This document shows, piece by piece, positions 38,812 to 46,695 of a stretch of 64,000 bases of DNA. Position 1 is the stretch's first letter, and the number at the start of each line of letters is the position of its first letter. This DNA is from a virus (Duplodnaviria > Caudoviricetes): IMG/VR virus record IMGVR_UViG_3300037484_000435, positions 96,001 to 160,000 of that record. One strand, given 5' to 3'. Made by a program: the position numbers and the translations under genes. Below the pieces are notes generated by a model. The model saw nothing but the letters and a program-made list of their open reading frames with translations, was not told the DNA's origin and searched no databases.

Positions 38812-40038
38812 TCAATAAACCCACTCATCGCAAAGAAAGGTTTGAAAACTTTCTATAAGCTTTAACTTCTTGCAACTGGGCTCAATTTTTAATGTTTTAC
38901 CGACTATTGAACCTAATTTAAAGCGTCCCGTAATACGCCTACCTAGGATGAAATATATTTTCCCCAAAAACTTTACCTTATCGTAACGTTGGAATCCCTT
39001 AATAAATCTAGACGCTGTATTACGAATGTGGCTTCGAGCACCTTTAAATAATTTTCTATTTTGTTTGCGAACTTGTTTTACTAGGTGTTGAGTCCCACTA
39101 CGAATTTGGTTTATACCACCTACTATAGCAAAAGCATCATTTTGATGTGACTTTACTAAACCTAATTGTTCTCTAGTATTTTTAGTAATATAACCAAAGG
39201 TTTCTTCCACATCACCACACAATTCCTGCAACTTCAAAATTAGACGTTTCTTAACAATTGACATAAAAGTCTCCGCTTTAAATCCTTTGGTAACCTTAAC
39301 TTTAAGTTGAATAGAGCCCGCATGTAGCTTATCATGACAACTCTTACATAACGTGATTAGGTTATCGGGCCTATCAGAACCACCTTGACTGCGTTGTAAG
39401 ATATGATGAACATTAAGCCGCGGTTCTTTAGAACAACCTTTACAATGCTGGCAAATGTGCCCGTCTCGATGGAGCACATAAGCTCTAACATTATCAAACC
39501 CCAACTGATCACCTTTTTGATATTGGTTACCTCTAATGCTAGGGTTCTTAATACGCTGAATGTCAAAGTTAGCTGTCTCAATTACAATCTTTGTAACAGA
39601 TAAAATTGATATTACTTTTTGGATAATCCTAATATGAGAATCCAATTTATGTTGTATTGATGGGGCAAGAGGATTTCGTTTAAACTTCTCTATCCTATTA
39701 AGGAACCTGCATTTACGGTGCCTAGTCTTCCTAGAACGCCGAGTTTTTCGATACATACGACGTTCTGTTAACAATTTAGAAACGTCTTTTCTAAGCAAAA
39801 CTTCTGCTGAAAATAACTCCTGTTTCTCAGTAACCGCTGACAATCCAATATGCTCATAACCTGAGTCTACTCCTAACGTTATATGTTGCCTATAGCCTGA
39901 ACTCCCGTAAAGTAATTGTATTGTGAATGGTGTACGCTTAACAACCTTAGCCTTACCCCTCTTAAGTAAAATTCTGGCTTTAGGTGGTGTAGTAGGCATT
40001 AAAGGTTTTCCCTGTTGATTATGAACATAAACAAACAT
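38812..40038 (-). CDS. iscB: IscB RNA-guided endonuclease (OMEGA; IS200/IS605-derived)
   Basis: PLMP domain, GVDSG (RuvC-I), Arg-rich bridge helix, IET (RuvC-II), C..C..VHHI..GG....NL..LC..CH (HNH), SHQNDA (RuvC-III). Confidence 0.95.
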   Translation of the reverse strand: MFVYVHNQQGKPLMPTTPPKARILLKRGKAKVVKRTPFTIQLLYGSSGYRQHITLGVDSGYEHIGLSAVTEKQELFSAEVLLRKDVSKLLTERRMYRKTRRSRKTRHRKCRFLNRIEKFKRNPLAPSIQHKLDSHIRIIQKVISILSVTKIVIETANFDIQRIKNPSIRGNQYQKGDQLGFDNVRAYVLHRDGHICQHCKGCSKEPRLNVHHILQRSQGGSDRPDNLITLCKSCHDKLHAGSIQLKVKVTKGFKAETFMSIVKKRLILKLQELCGDVEETFGYITKNTREQLGLVKSHQNDAFAIVGGINQIRSGTQHLVKQVRKQNRKLFKGARSHIRNTASRFIKGFQRYDKVKFLGKIYFILGRRITGRFKLGSIVGKTLKIEPSCKKLKLIESFQTFLCDEWVY

Positions 40039-40039
40039 T

Positions 40040-40269
40040 ATTGTAATTACTCCTCGTTACTAATGTAACTTGGGTTAGGGCCTCATCGCTAATGTTATCA
40101 TAGTTTGTTATGTTATGTACACTACCCCTGACCCTCAGGATTGTTTAATATATAACCACAGAGCAGGGAACTTGAGGAGCATTCCAAGGTGTGATGGCCA
40201 TAATAACGTAGCCCTGTATTTCAGGACTAAAGCTAATCAATTTTTTTTTATTACGTGGTCAATTGATTA
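40040..40269 (-). ncRNA. omegaRNA scaffold upstream of iscB
   Basis: TTGATTAG, CTACGTTA, GAATGCTCCTCAAGTTCC..CTCTG, TTAAACA.TCCTGAGGG, AACATTAGCGA blocks typical of IscB omegaRNAs; TAATCAATT/AATTGATTA closing stem. Confidence 0.8.
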
Positions 40270-40898
40270 AATATTTCCTTCGCCCTGCATAAGTGTGTAT
40301 ATGACAACCAATTCTCTTTTTCTTTATTTGCTCTCATCAAATATGATGGATGATACGTAGTTACTAGACTAGCTCGCCGTCTTATCCCATCAGAACAAGC
40401 ATACTCGAAAAAAGGTAACCGTTCACCCAAAATAGACCCCAACGAATCTGATTTTTTTAATAAACCCAACGAATAAGCAGCAACCTTACCGAATACCAGA
40501 ATCAATTTAGGCTGTATGATTTCGAGTTGGCGGAATAAGAAAGGCTGACACGCATGGACCTCATCGTATGCAGGTGTTATAGCGTTTGATTTCCCCTCGT
40601 GCATAGGTCTTGATTTGATTGCGTTCGTAATGTATAGTTGCTCTCTCACAAATCCAGCACCACTAATCATCCCTTCCCAATATTTGCCCGCCTTTCCAAC
40701 ATATGGGCGTGGCACAGGTTTGGCATAAAACTCCTCTTCTCCCGCCGCCTCCGAGATTGACATCACTAAAGCATCAGCAGGACCCTCACCAAATACTCGA
40801 CAAGGGCCCTGCTGGGATATATAACATCTCTTACAAGACTCAACTTCCTTTTTTAGTCTTTCGAGACCTCTTTGTGCCTCCATCAGCTCGTTTGTCAT
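40251..40898 (-). CDS. uracil-DNA glycosylase family 4
   Basis: CKRC, FGEG, SEAAG, PYVGKAG, YITNA, TYHPSY; one Fe-S Cys position reads KSRP instead of KCRP. Confidence 0.88.
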   Translation of the reverse strand: MTNELMEAQRGLERLKKEVESCKRCYISQQGPCRVFGEGPADALVMSISEAAGEEEFYAKPVPRPYVGKAGKYWEGMISGAGFVREQLYITNAIKSRPMHEGKSNAITPAYDEVHACQPFLFRQLEIIQPKLILVFGKVAAYSLGLLKKSDSLGSILGERLPFFEYACSDGIRRRASLVTTYHPSYLMRANKEKENWLSYTHLCRAKEIFNQLTT

Positions 40899-41454
40899 CC
40901 GTTACCTCGTCATCAATAAGACCGTCTGAATCAAGCATATCTTGAACGACATCTCCTTTGGCTTGTACCACTATGGCACCATCCAGCCCGTCTACTTTAT
41001 CTTTCAGTATTGCGGCTCTTGCACACTCTCCAATTTTTGTAAATACATCCAACCCGTAACGAGCAATGATTGCAGAATGTCCTACTATATCGTGTGGTTT
41101 AAGTGCCCACTCGGGATTCCCATCGTCACCAATCTTGTCTTCGCCATCCTTGTCTTTCTTGACAACACAGCTTTCAAGGGCCGAGTCTAGCATTGCGGTT
41201 TGTTCCACTGAGGAAAGTTCATTCCAAAGTTCATACGTGATTAGAAACACATAATCTTTCTCTGTCAACGTATTCCATACGCCCGTTACTCTCTTAACTA
41301 TTGCAACCTGCCCAGATTCTATTTCGGCAGGTGACGCTTTATCCCGATACAAAAAGACCATACTCGCTGTCGCAATTTCTGTGTGGTATTTACCTATCAG
41401 TTCCTCTGCTAAATCCGTAATTTCTTTTCCTGCTGTCCAAAATTCCATTCTCAT
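40840..41454 (-). CDS. phage metallopeptidase-like protein lacking HExxH
   Basis: DYVFLI....W..L...Q.AMLD(SALES)C...KPHD....I.RYG. Confidence 0.65.
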   Translation of the reverse strand: MRMEFWTAGKEITDLAEELIGKYHTEIATASMVFLYRDKASPAEIESGQVAIVKRVTGVWNTLTEKDYVFLITYELWNELSSVEQTAMLDSALESCVVKKDKDGEDKIGDDGNPEWALKPHDIVGHSAIIARYGLDVFTKIGECARAAILKDKVDGLDGAIVVQAKGDVVQDMLDSDGLIDDEVTDDKRADGGTKRSRKTKKGS

Positions 41455-41495
41455 TCTCCTTTTGTCGTATTTTTTTATCTACGCATAAAATCATC

Positions 41496-41531
41496 TCTAT
41501 ACTATATAACTAGTACACAAATCCATCTCTA
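41496..41531 (-). promoter_or_regulatory. 36-bp motif, copy 1 (putative promoter/operator)
   Basis: 32/36 identical to 63518..63553; contains TACT-N8-AGTA. Confidence 0.65.
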
Positions 41532-41702
41532 TTTATCATCCGTATAAAATTCATCAACATCATGACACCCGCTACGTAACATACGTTGCCAATTTAAAGC
41601 TTCCAAAGCCAATTCAAAATAATCAGCTTCATCATCGTAGTCCACAGATATTCTTCTAAAAAAGTCCATAGCCTCAACAATTTTTTCTCTTGTGGTTTTC
41701 AT
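41529..41702 (-). CDS. small acidic hypothetical protein
   Basis: GAGGT RBS; MKTTREKIVEAM...DDK*. Confidence 0.55.
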   Translation of the reverse strand: MKTTREKIVEAMDFFRRISVDYDDEADYFELALEALNWQRMLRSGCHDVDEFYTDDK

Positions 41703-41707
41703 ATACC

Positions 41708-41977
41708 TCAGATATCCTCCTCGTCATAATCGGACGTAGGTTCATCTTCTTCTTCTTCTTCCACTTCCCTTATTATATCGGGAGCTCCACGGCGATTAGA
41801 CTCCCCACAAAAAGGACAAAACCACACCCCGTCCTCGCCGTCACCAAACCTACCATTAAATCCTATACCCACATCTCTGCTTTCTTGGTCTGGCTCAATG
41901 GAGTCTGGGTGCCGGATAACTGAAAATATACCGTCACAATTACCACAATAAAGTTTTGTTAATTCGGTTATTTCCAT
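41708..41977 (-). CDS. zinc-ribbon protein with an acidic tail
   Basis: YCGNC...FCPFC. Confidence 0.6.
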   Translation of the reverse strand: MEITELTKLYCGNCDGIFSVIRHPDSIEPDQESRDVGIGFNGRFGDGEDGVWFCPFCGESNRRGAPDIIREVEEEEEDEPTSDYDEEDI

Positions 41978-41993
41978 TTCCTTGGTTCCTCCT

Positions 41994-42167
41994 TTAATCC
42001 CACTCTAACGTGCAATCAATACCATCAAGGGTACCATCCAATATTTCCTCTGCCCTCTTTAGTCTTCTACTTCGTTCTGGATTAGACCCATCGTCTTCTT
42101 TTACCATGGCACGAATTTTAAAATATGCTGTAGAGACTATCTTCCTGTATTCCCCTATCGACCTCAT
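41994..42167 (-). CDS. hypothetical protein
   Basis: GGAGG RBS; MRSIGEY... Confidence 0.5.
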   Translation of the reverse strand: MRSIGEYRKIVSTAYFKIRAMVKEDDGSNPERSRRLKRAEEILDGTLDGIDCTLEWD

Positions 42168-42300
42168 TCTTTTTTCCTCCCCCTCAACAAAATTCCTAGA
42201 AAACACCCCCCTTCTTCCTTCATCTGATGGTTGTTTTCCAAAAAATCCGTTGTAATAAATTCATCTGTCTTCGCAATAAATATTAACCATTTTATTTCAC

Positions 42301-42597
42301 CTAAGGTTTGCATACTAACTCCTTTGCTTCCTCGATATACCGTTGTACAAACTCATCAAATATAGGACCTTCAACAACGCGGGCCCTCATGGTTTTAAAG
42401 TCATCCTCAAGCCACTCAGATGATGCCTCACTAACCATTGTATCGATGTAATCAATCGCCATTAAGGTGAGGGCTTTTTTATACACCCTCAAATTAACAA
42501 AATTTTTCTCTCTCATACAAATTAAAGGCTCAGAAATAGAACCTACTAACGTTGCTGGTATTTCTTCACTACACATACTAATCTCCGAATTTAGCAT
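42301..42597 (-). CDS. hypothetical protein
   Basis: 98-aa ORF. Confidence 0.5.
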   Translation of the reverse strand: MLNSEISMCSEEIPATLVGSISEPLICMREKNFVNLRVYKKALTLMAIDYIDTMVSEASSEWLEDDFKTMRARVVEGPIFDEFVQRYIEEAKELVCKP

Positions 42598-42772
42598 CTA
42601 ACCGTTTGACTTCTTGAAGAGCTATCATTGCCCTCATACCATCGCCGCCTTCAATCCATTTTCCAGCTTGGTCTTGCAAGGCCGTCCGTATCTCTGGGTA
42701 CTCTTCCGCGGAACAATTTACCAATTTACCTTGGTATACTGCATTTAATGCTTGAATAATATAATCCAACAT
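42578..42772 (-). CDS. hypothetical protein
   Basis: 64-aa ORF. Confidence 0.5.
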   Translation of the reverse strand: MLDYIIQALNAVYQGKLVNCSAEEYPEIRTALQDQAGKWIEGGDGMRAMIALQEVKRLDAKFGD

Positions 42773-43315
42773 TTAACCTCCGAACTCCTTCCCCAGCTCC
42801 CATATCAGCTTCTGTGTATCTTCAGCCAGCTTATCGTAAGTCTCGTATACCTTTCCGACTTTGGTCCCTAGGTTACTGAGGTCAGCCATAAAGTCATCCC
42901 AAGTTTTATAACGGAACTGGTGTCCTGACACATGGTTTATATCCTTAAATTTCTGTTCAGGAAAACAAGTGTAGGTTACATGCACATTGGTATCATCACC
43001 GAACGTGTTTACTCCTGAAGCACTATTCGTAAATACTATTTCTAATCGGCCCCCGTCGTTCCGCAACTCAATAACAAAACGAAAGTTGTACATGTTAAGA
43101 AAACCACCTGTACTACTAATCCTAGGCCTTCCTAGATTGACATCTGTTACCATGAACAATGCTAGGTTATCAATGCCACTGTGGTGGAGCCCTAAATAAT
43201 TGGGGTGCTCCCTTGTAATGGTTTCATTTATTTTGTCAGCTATATGTTGAGCTAGATTATCTAGCACCTCAACAACCTGCCCCAGAGATAATTTTTGTTC
43301 TTCAGTTTTGCTCAT
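42773..43315 (-). CDS. hypothetical protein
   Basis: GAGGA RBS before MSKTEEQK. Confidence 0.6.
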   Translation of the reverse strand: MSKTEEQKLSLGQVVEVLDNLAQHIADKINETITREHPNYLGLHHSGIDNLALFMVTDVNLGRPRISSTGGFLNMYNFRFVIELRNDGGRLEIVFTNSASGVNTFGDDTNVHVTYTCFPEQKFKDINHVSGHQFRYKTWDDFMADLSNLGTKVGKVYETYDKLAEDTQKLIWELGKEFGG

Positions 43316-43325
43316 TTTGTTTCCT

Positions 43326-44306
43326 CTATAACCCTGCCTTTCGCAGGTGGTAATGTAGTGTGGATTCAGGGATTCCCAAAAATCGATGAACCTGTTTCCA
43401 AGTAGATAATTCACTTTTTAGTTGTAAGAGGAATTCCCTCTCATACCTCAAACTATTCTTTTTAATTTCGTTATCCTGATATGCCTTTTTAATGTTTTCA
43501 AATTCTTTATACTTTCTATCCAAATGTAATGTAGAATTTTTCCACATAATCTCTCCTAGGGCCAACACCGAACCCCAAGAATGCAAGTGGAGAACGTGGG
43601 TTCGAGGAGACTGCTGGTAAGAATAACAAACCACATCTAAAACATTAGTGAGATAGTCTTTTAATTGCTGAATAAAAATTGGGTTACTGGCAAAATGCAA
43701 CACTGGTAATCCCGTTTTGTCCCTCCCTATATGTCCGTCACCGTCAAAATAACCTCTGATAAAATGTGGAAGCAATTCTTTTGGCAAAAAATAAGGAAAA
43801 GTAATTTTCAAGGCTTTAGGAGACAAACACCCTAGACCTTCTAGTTTTTCTATGATGTTCTTGCTAGAAATAACTAACGTAACTTGGTACGACAGAAAAC
43901 CCTTTTTTGTTACCTTAGTATCGTAGTATAACGGCCTTGGGCACGACAGGCACTCTTGGATTTCATGTAGCAACGCTTCGTCCTTTGCTCCCAAGGCAAT
44001 GCGTAACATGTACCTTTGTTTAGATTCATTTTTCGAAACATAGCCGTCAGCATAAATAAAACCTAATATATAGGCTTTTTTCTCGTGGTCTATCTCATCA
44101 AAAAAAGATTCATCAAGTGGGTACTTACGGCACTCTTTACTTCCTGCCCTCCGCGGTATTCCCAATTCCACCAAGGTATCCCACACGAATTTTTCAGACA
44201 ATTTGTGTGTCTCTGCAAGCATTTTGATTGTTGAGCCAGATATGTATTCTGTTGCTAATACTGGCTTTATGCCCTCATAAAATTTTCTAGAGTGTAATGT
44301 TCTCAT
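43326..44306 (-). CDS. free-standing LAGLIDADG homing endonuclease 2
   Basis: AYILGFIYADG and FIRGYFDGDG. Confidence 0.88.
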   Translation of the reverse strand: MRTLHSRKFYEGIKPVLATEYISGSTIKMLAETHKLSEKFVWDTLVELGIPRRAGSKECRKYPLDESFFDEIDHEKKAYILGFIYADGYVSKNESKQRYMLRIALGAKDEALLHEIQECLSCPRPLYYDTKVTKKGFLSYQVTLVISSKNIIEKLEGLGCLSPKALKITFPYFLPKELLPHFIRGYFDGDGHIGRDKTGLPVLHFASNPIFIQQLKDYLTNVLDVVCYSYQQSPRTHVLHLHSWGSVLALGEIMWKNSTLHLDRKYKEFENIKKAYQDNEIKKNSLRYEREFLLQLKSELSTWKQVHRFLGIPESTLHYHLRKAGL

Positions 44307-44311
44307 TGCGT

Positions 44312-44349
44312 CCTCCAATATACTAGGTAATGGTATAGTATATAGAAGG
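44312..44349 (-). promoter_or_regulatory. hairpin sequestering the RBS of homing endonuclease 2
   Basis: CCTTCTATATACT...AGTATATTGGAGG on the - strand; 12 of 13 positions pair, counting one G.U. Confidence 0.65.
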
Positions 44350-44357
44350 TTAGTAAA

Positions 44358-45194
44358 TCACACATCCATTTCTTCTTTCAAGTCAAAATAAAATGAGGGT
44401 GAGAGGGGCTCTACCAAATCCCAAATCATCCAAATCAATCTACGGAGTTCACTCTCAGTATCCGCCCGCAAACGCTCATCAAAAATGTGGCGGAGTGAAC
44501 GGACATTAACCCACATGGTTCTTTCGGTGGAAGAGAATACAGGGATAACCCCCCGTGCTTGTTCTTTTGTCATCGGAACATACTCAGACTTAGTTTTATC
44601 CCACTCCTCTGGAGTACACCCTGTTCCCTTTACGGAGGGCTGGGGAGAACGAAGATATTCGTAGAAATTTTGGCAACTCCTAAAATGCTTGCTCCAGCTC
44701 TGGTATCTCTCCCTAGCAAAATCCTCGTAATCAATATTATCAAGTATAGGGTATACGTAAGCAGGCCCAGCTGTTACAAAACGGCGACTACGACTGATAT
44801 GACCAGAATGCCTGTATCTACTTAACTGAGCTCCCGCTGCCTTGCTTAACCCTTTTATATTTATTGCATACTGAACTATTTCAAATGGCGTAAAATGCTT
44901 CTGACTAATAAGTTTCTTATTTAACTTTATAGCTCGCTCACTATCATTCTCTAGTTTTTCTGTAGCACCGTAGCTTACTCCAGCGGATATTGCTGGTAGT
45001 TGTTCTATTTCTTCCCATCCTATAAACCCATCTTTATCCACGGATTCACACCGATTAATATAACCAAACCCCGGCATAATTATTTTATTCACTGGCATGG
45101 TAATAGCCCGTAGCTCCACTGAAGGCTCCGAATTTCCAAAGAGACCCTTTCGAAGAGGTTTCCACTTGTCTTTTACACGCTCAAACTTTGGCAT
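44358..45194 (-). CDS. thyX: flavin-dependent thymidylate synthase
   Basis: H.TPFE, QL.RYR-x7-S.R (ThyX motif with H>Y), N.RSL.H...R...E. Confidence 0.82.
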   Translation of the reverse strand: MPKFERVKDKWKPLRKGLFGNSEPSVELRAITMPVNKIIMPGFGYINRCESVDKDGFIGWEEIEQLPAISAGVSYGATEKLENDSERAIKLNKKLISQKHFTPFEIVQYAINIKGLSKAAGAQLSRYRHSGHISRSRRFVTAGPAYVYPILDNIDYEDFARERYQSWSKHFRSCQNFYEYLRSPQPSVKGTGCTPEEWDKTKSEYVPMTKEQARGVIPVFSSTERTMWVNVRSLRHIFDERLRADTESELRRLIWMIWDLVEPLSPSFYFDLKEEMDV

Positions 45195-45408
45195 CTTTAA
45201 TCACCTCTAGTTCTGTGAAGTTTATAACAATTTTGTCGATACAGCCGTTTGCTATAAAAAAATCATAGATAAGACTTCTCAATTCTTCCCTATCTCTTTG
45301 AAATACCATAGGACCATCATCTACAGGGGTAATCTCCACTACTGATTTATCTGTCCTCTCCCATTTTAAGTATTTCCCTTTGTCGTCAACTCTCTCAAAC
45401 TTCGCCAT
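45181..45408 (-). CDS. hypothetical protein
   Basis: 75-aa ORF beginning MAKFERV. Confidence 0.55.
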   Translation of the reverse strand: MAKFERVDDKGKYLKWERTDKSVVEITPVDDGPMVFQRDREELRSLIYDFFIANGCIDKIVINFTELEVIKDAKV

Positions 45409-45559
45409 TATATTCCCCCCAACCTATAAAAACCGCACCACTGGGAAATGTCTTAATGAATACAGAGCCGGGCTTAATCTCCCCTATACCTCTTTTCTGG
45501 CTTTCTTCGCTAATTTTTATAGCCTCACTAACAGTTAAATTACATTCAAACTTTTCCAT
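45395..45559 (-). CDS. small hypothetical protein (below the ORF-track cutoff)
   Basis: MEKFECNL...YNGEV*; fills the gap and overlaps both neighbours. Confidence 0.5.
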   Translation of the reverse strand: MEKFECNLTVSEAIKISEESQKRGIGEIKPGSVFIKTFPSGAVFIGWGEYNGEV

Positions 45560-45950
45560 TTCTTTTTGCTAACGCCTCCTCTATAATCCGCTGCTCTTCC
45601 TTAATTAACTTTAACAATACTTCAATAAAGGGTTCCTTTGGGTACCACAGGGTATTGAATTCCCGCCCACCTATACGTTCGTTGAGTAGAATGCAGAGCA
45701 CAGGCTCTAACCAATAATCTTTTTCTGTGTAATTGTACCTGTAAACTATCTCACCTGTTTTTAGGTTTTTTATTACCCAGCCATTGTATTCATCATTGTA
45801 ATCTAGCTCATAATCTCCGACCACCGCTAGGTGAGAACCCTCCCCATATTTTTCGTAACCGTCCTTCCACTCAAGGTAAAACGCGGAGTGGAAAAGCATC
45901 TCTGGTAAACAAAAACCTTTCCATAGCTGTTTGTAGTCTACTGATTCCAT
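45546..45950 (-). CDS. hypothetical protein
   Basis: 134-aa ORF. Confidence 0.55.
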   Translation of the reverse strand: MESVDYKQLWKGFCLPEMLFHSAFYLEWKDGYEKYGEGSHLAVVGDYELDYNDEYNGWVIKNLKTGEIVYRYNYTEKDYWLEPVLCILLNERIGGREFNTLWYPKEPFIEVLLKLIKEEQRIIEEALAKRNGKV

Positions 45951-45954
45951 TCTT

Positions 45955-46299
45955 TTATTTTCCTCTTGACTCTATTACTAGTCCGTGTTTTTCATTATCC
46001 CAACATGCAACATCTCTTTCTGGATTAAATCCCTCTTCTCGTTTTAGTCTCTCTACTTCGTGATGCCACTTATCCATTTCTTCTTCTGCATCTCTAACTT
46101 TCTGAGTTTCCATTGTAGACCACTCCTCAGGATACTCTACTCTACACTTACCGTCTGAAGGGCAAAAATCTCTACAGAATTTAGCTGAAAGAGCATAGTG
46201 ATCCCTGTCATCAAGATATATGTCGCCTGGCATAGGGTCTGATTCTACCGCACACAAAGCTACTCTTGTTCCATTAACATCCCTTAATCTAATTGCCAT
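45955..46299 (-). CDS. hypothetical protein
   Basis: 114-aa ORF with GAGGG RBS. Confidence 0.55.
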   Translation of the reverse strand: MAIRLRDVNGTRVALCAVESDPMPGDIYLDDRDHYALSAKFCRDFCPSDGKCRVEYPEEWSTMETQKVRDAEEEMDKWHHEVERLKREEGFNPERDVACWDNEKHGLVIESRGK

Positions 46300-46449
46300 A
46301 CGCCCTCACCATACTCCACAGCTCGGAGTATCCTTTCTTTCTTAGTTCTTTGTATTTGCACGGAGGGCACATATACTCCTCTCCACTATAAATAAAATCT
46401 CCCCACAAATGCCCGCAACATACACACCTTACTTGTTCAAACCTTGCCA

Positions 46450-46695
46450 TTATTTTATTTCCTTATACTTTTCTGTCTTCTTGTCCCACTTAAAACGTCT
46501 TTTCTTAAACTCATGGGACGGCTCTAACGGCGGTAATTCTATCGCGGGAGGGGCTACTGTTGTTACAGGCTCCTTGTAATGTTTATTAAACTCCTCTGCT
46601 ATTACTTTATCATTCGCACGAATTTTACTGGCACATCCCGCAAGCAACAACGGTAATAATAAATAAAGTATCCATTCAAACCTTACCCTTTTCAT
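46450..46695 (-). CDS. small lipoprotein
   Basis: Hydrophobic signal ending in lipobox LLAG|C. Confidence 0.7.
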   Translation of the reverse strand: MKRVRFEWILYLLLPLLLAGCASKIRANDKVIAEEFNKHYKEPVTTVAPPAIELPPLEPSHEFKKRRFKWDKKTEKYKEIK

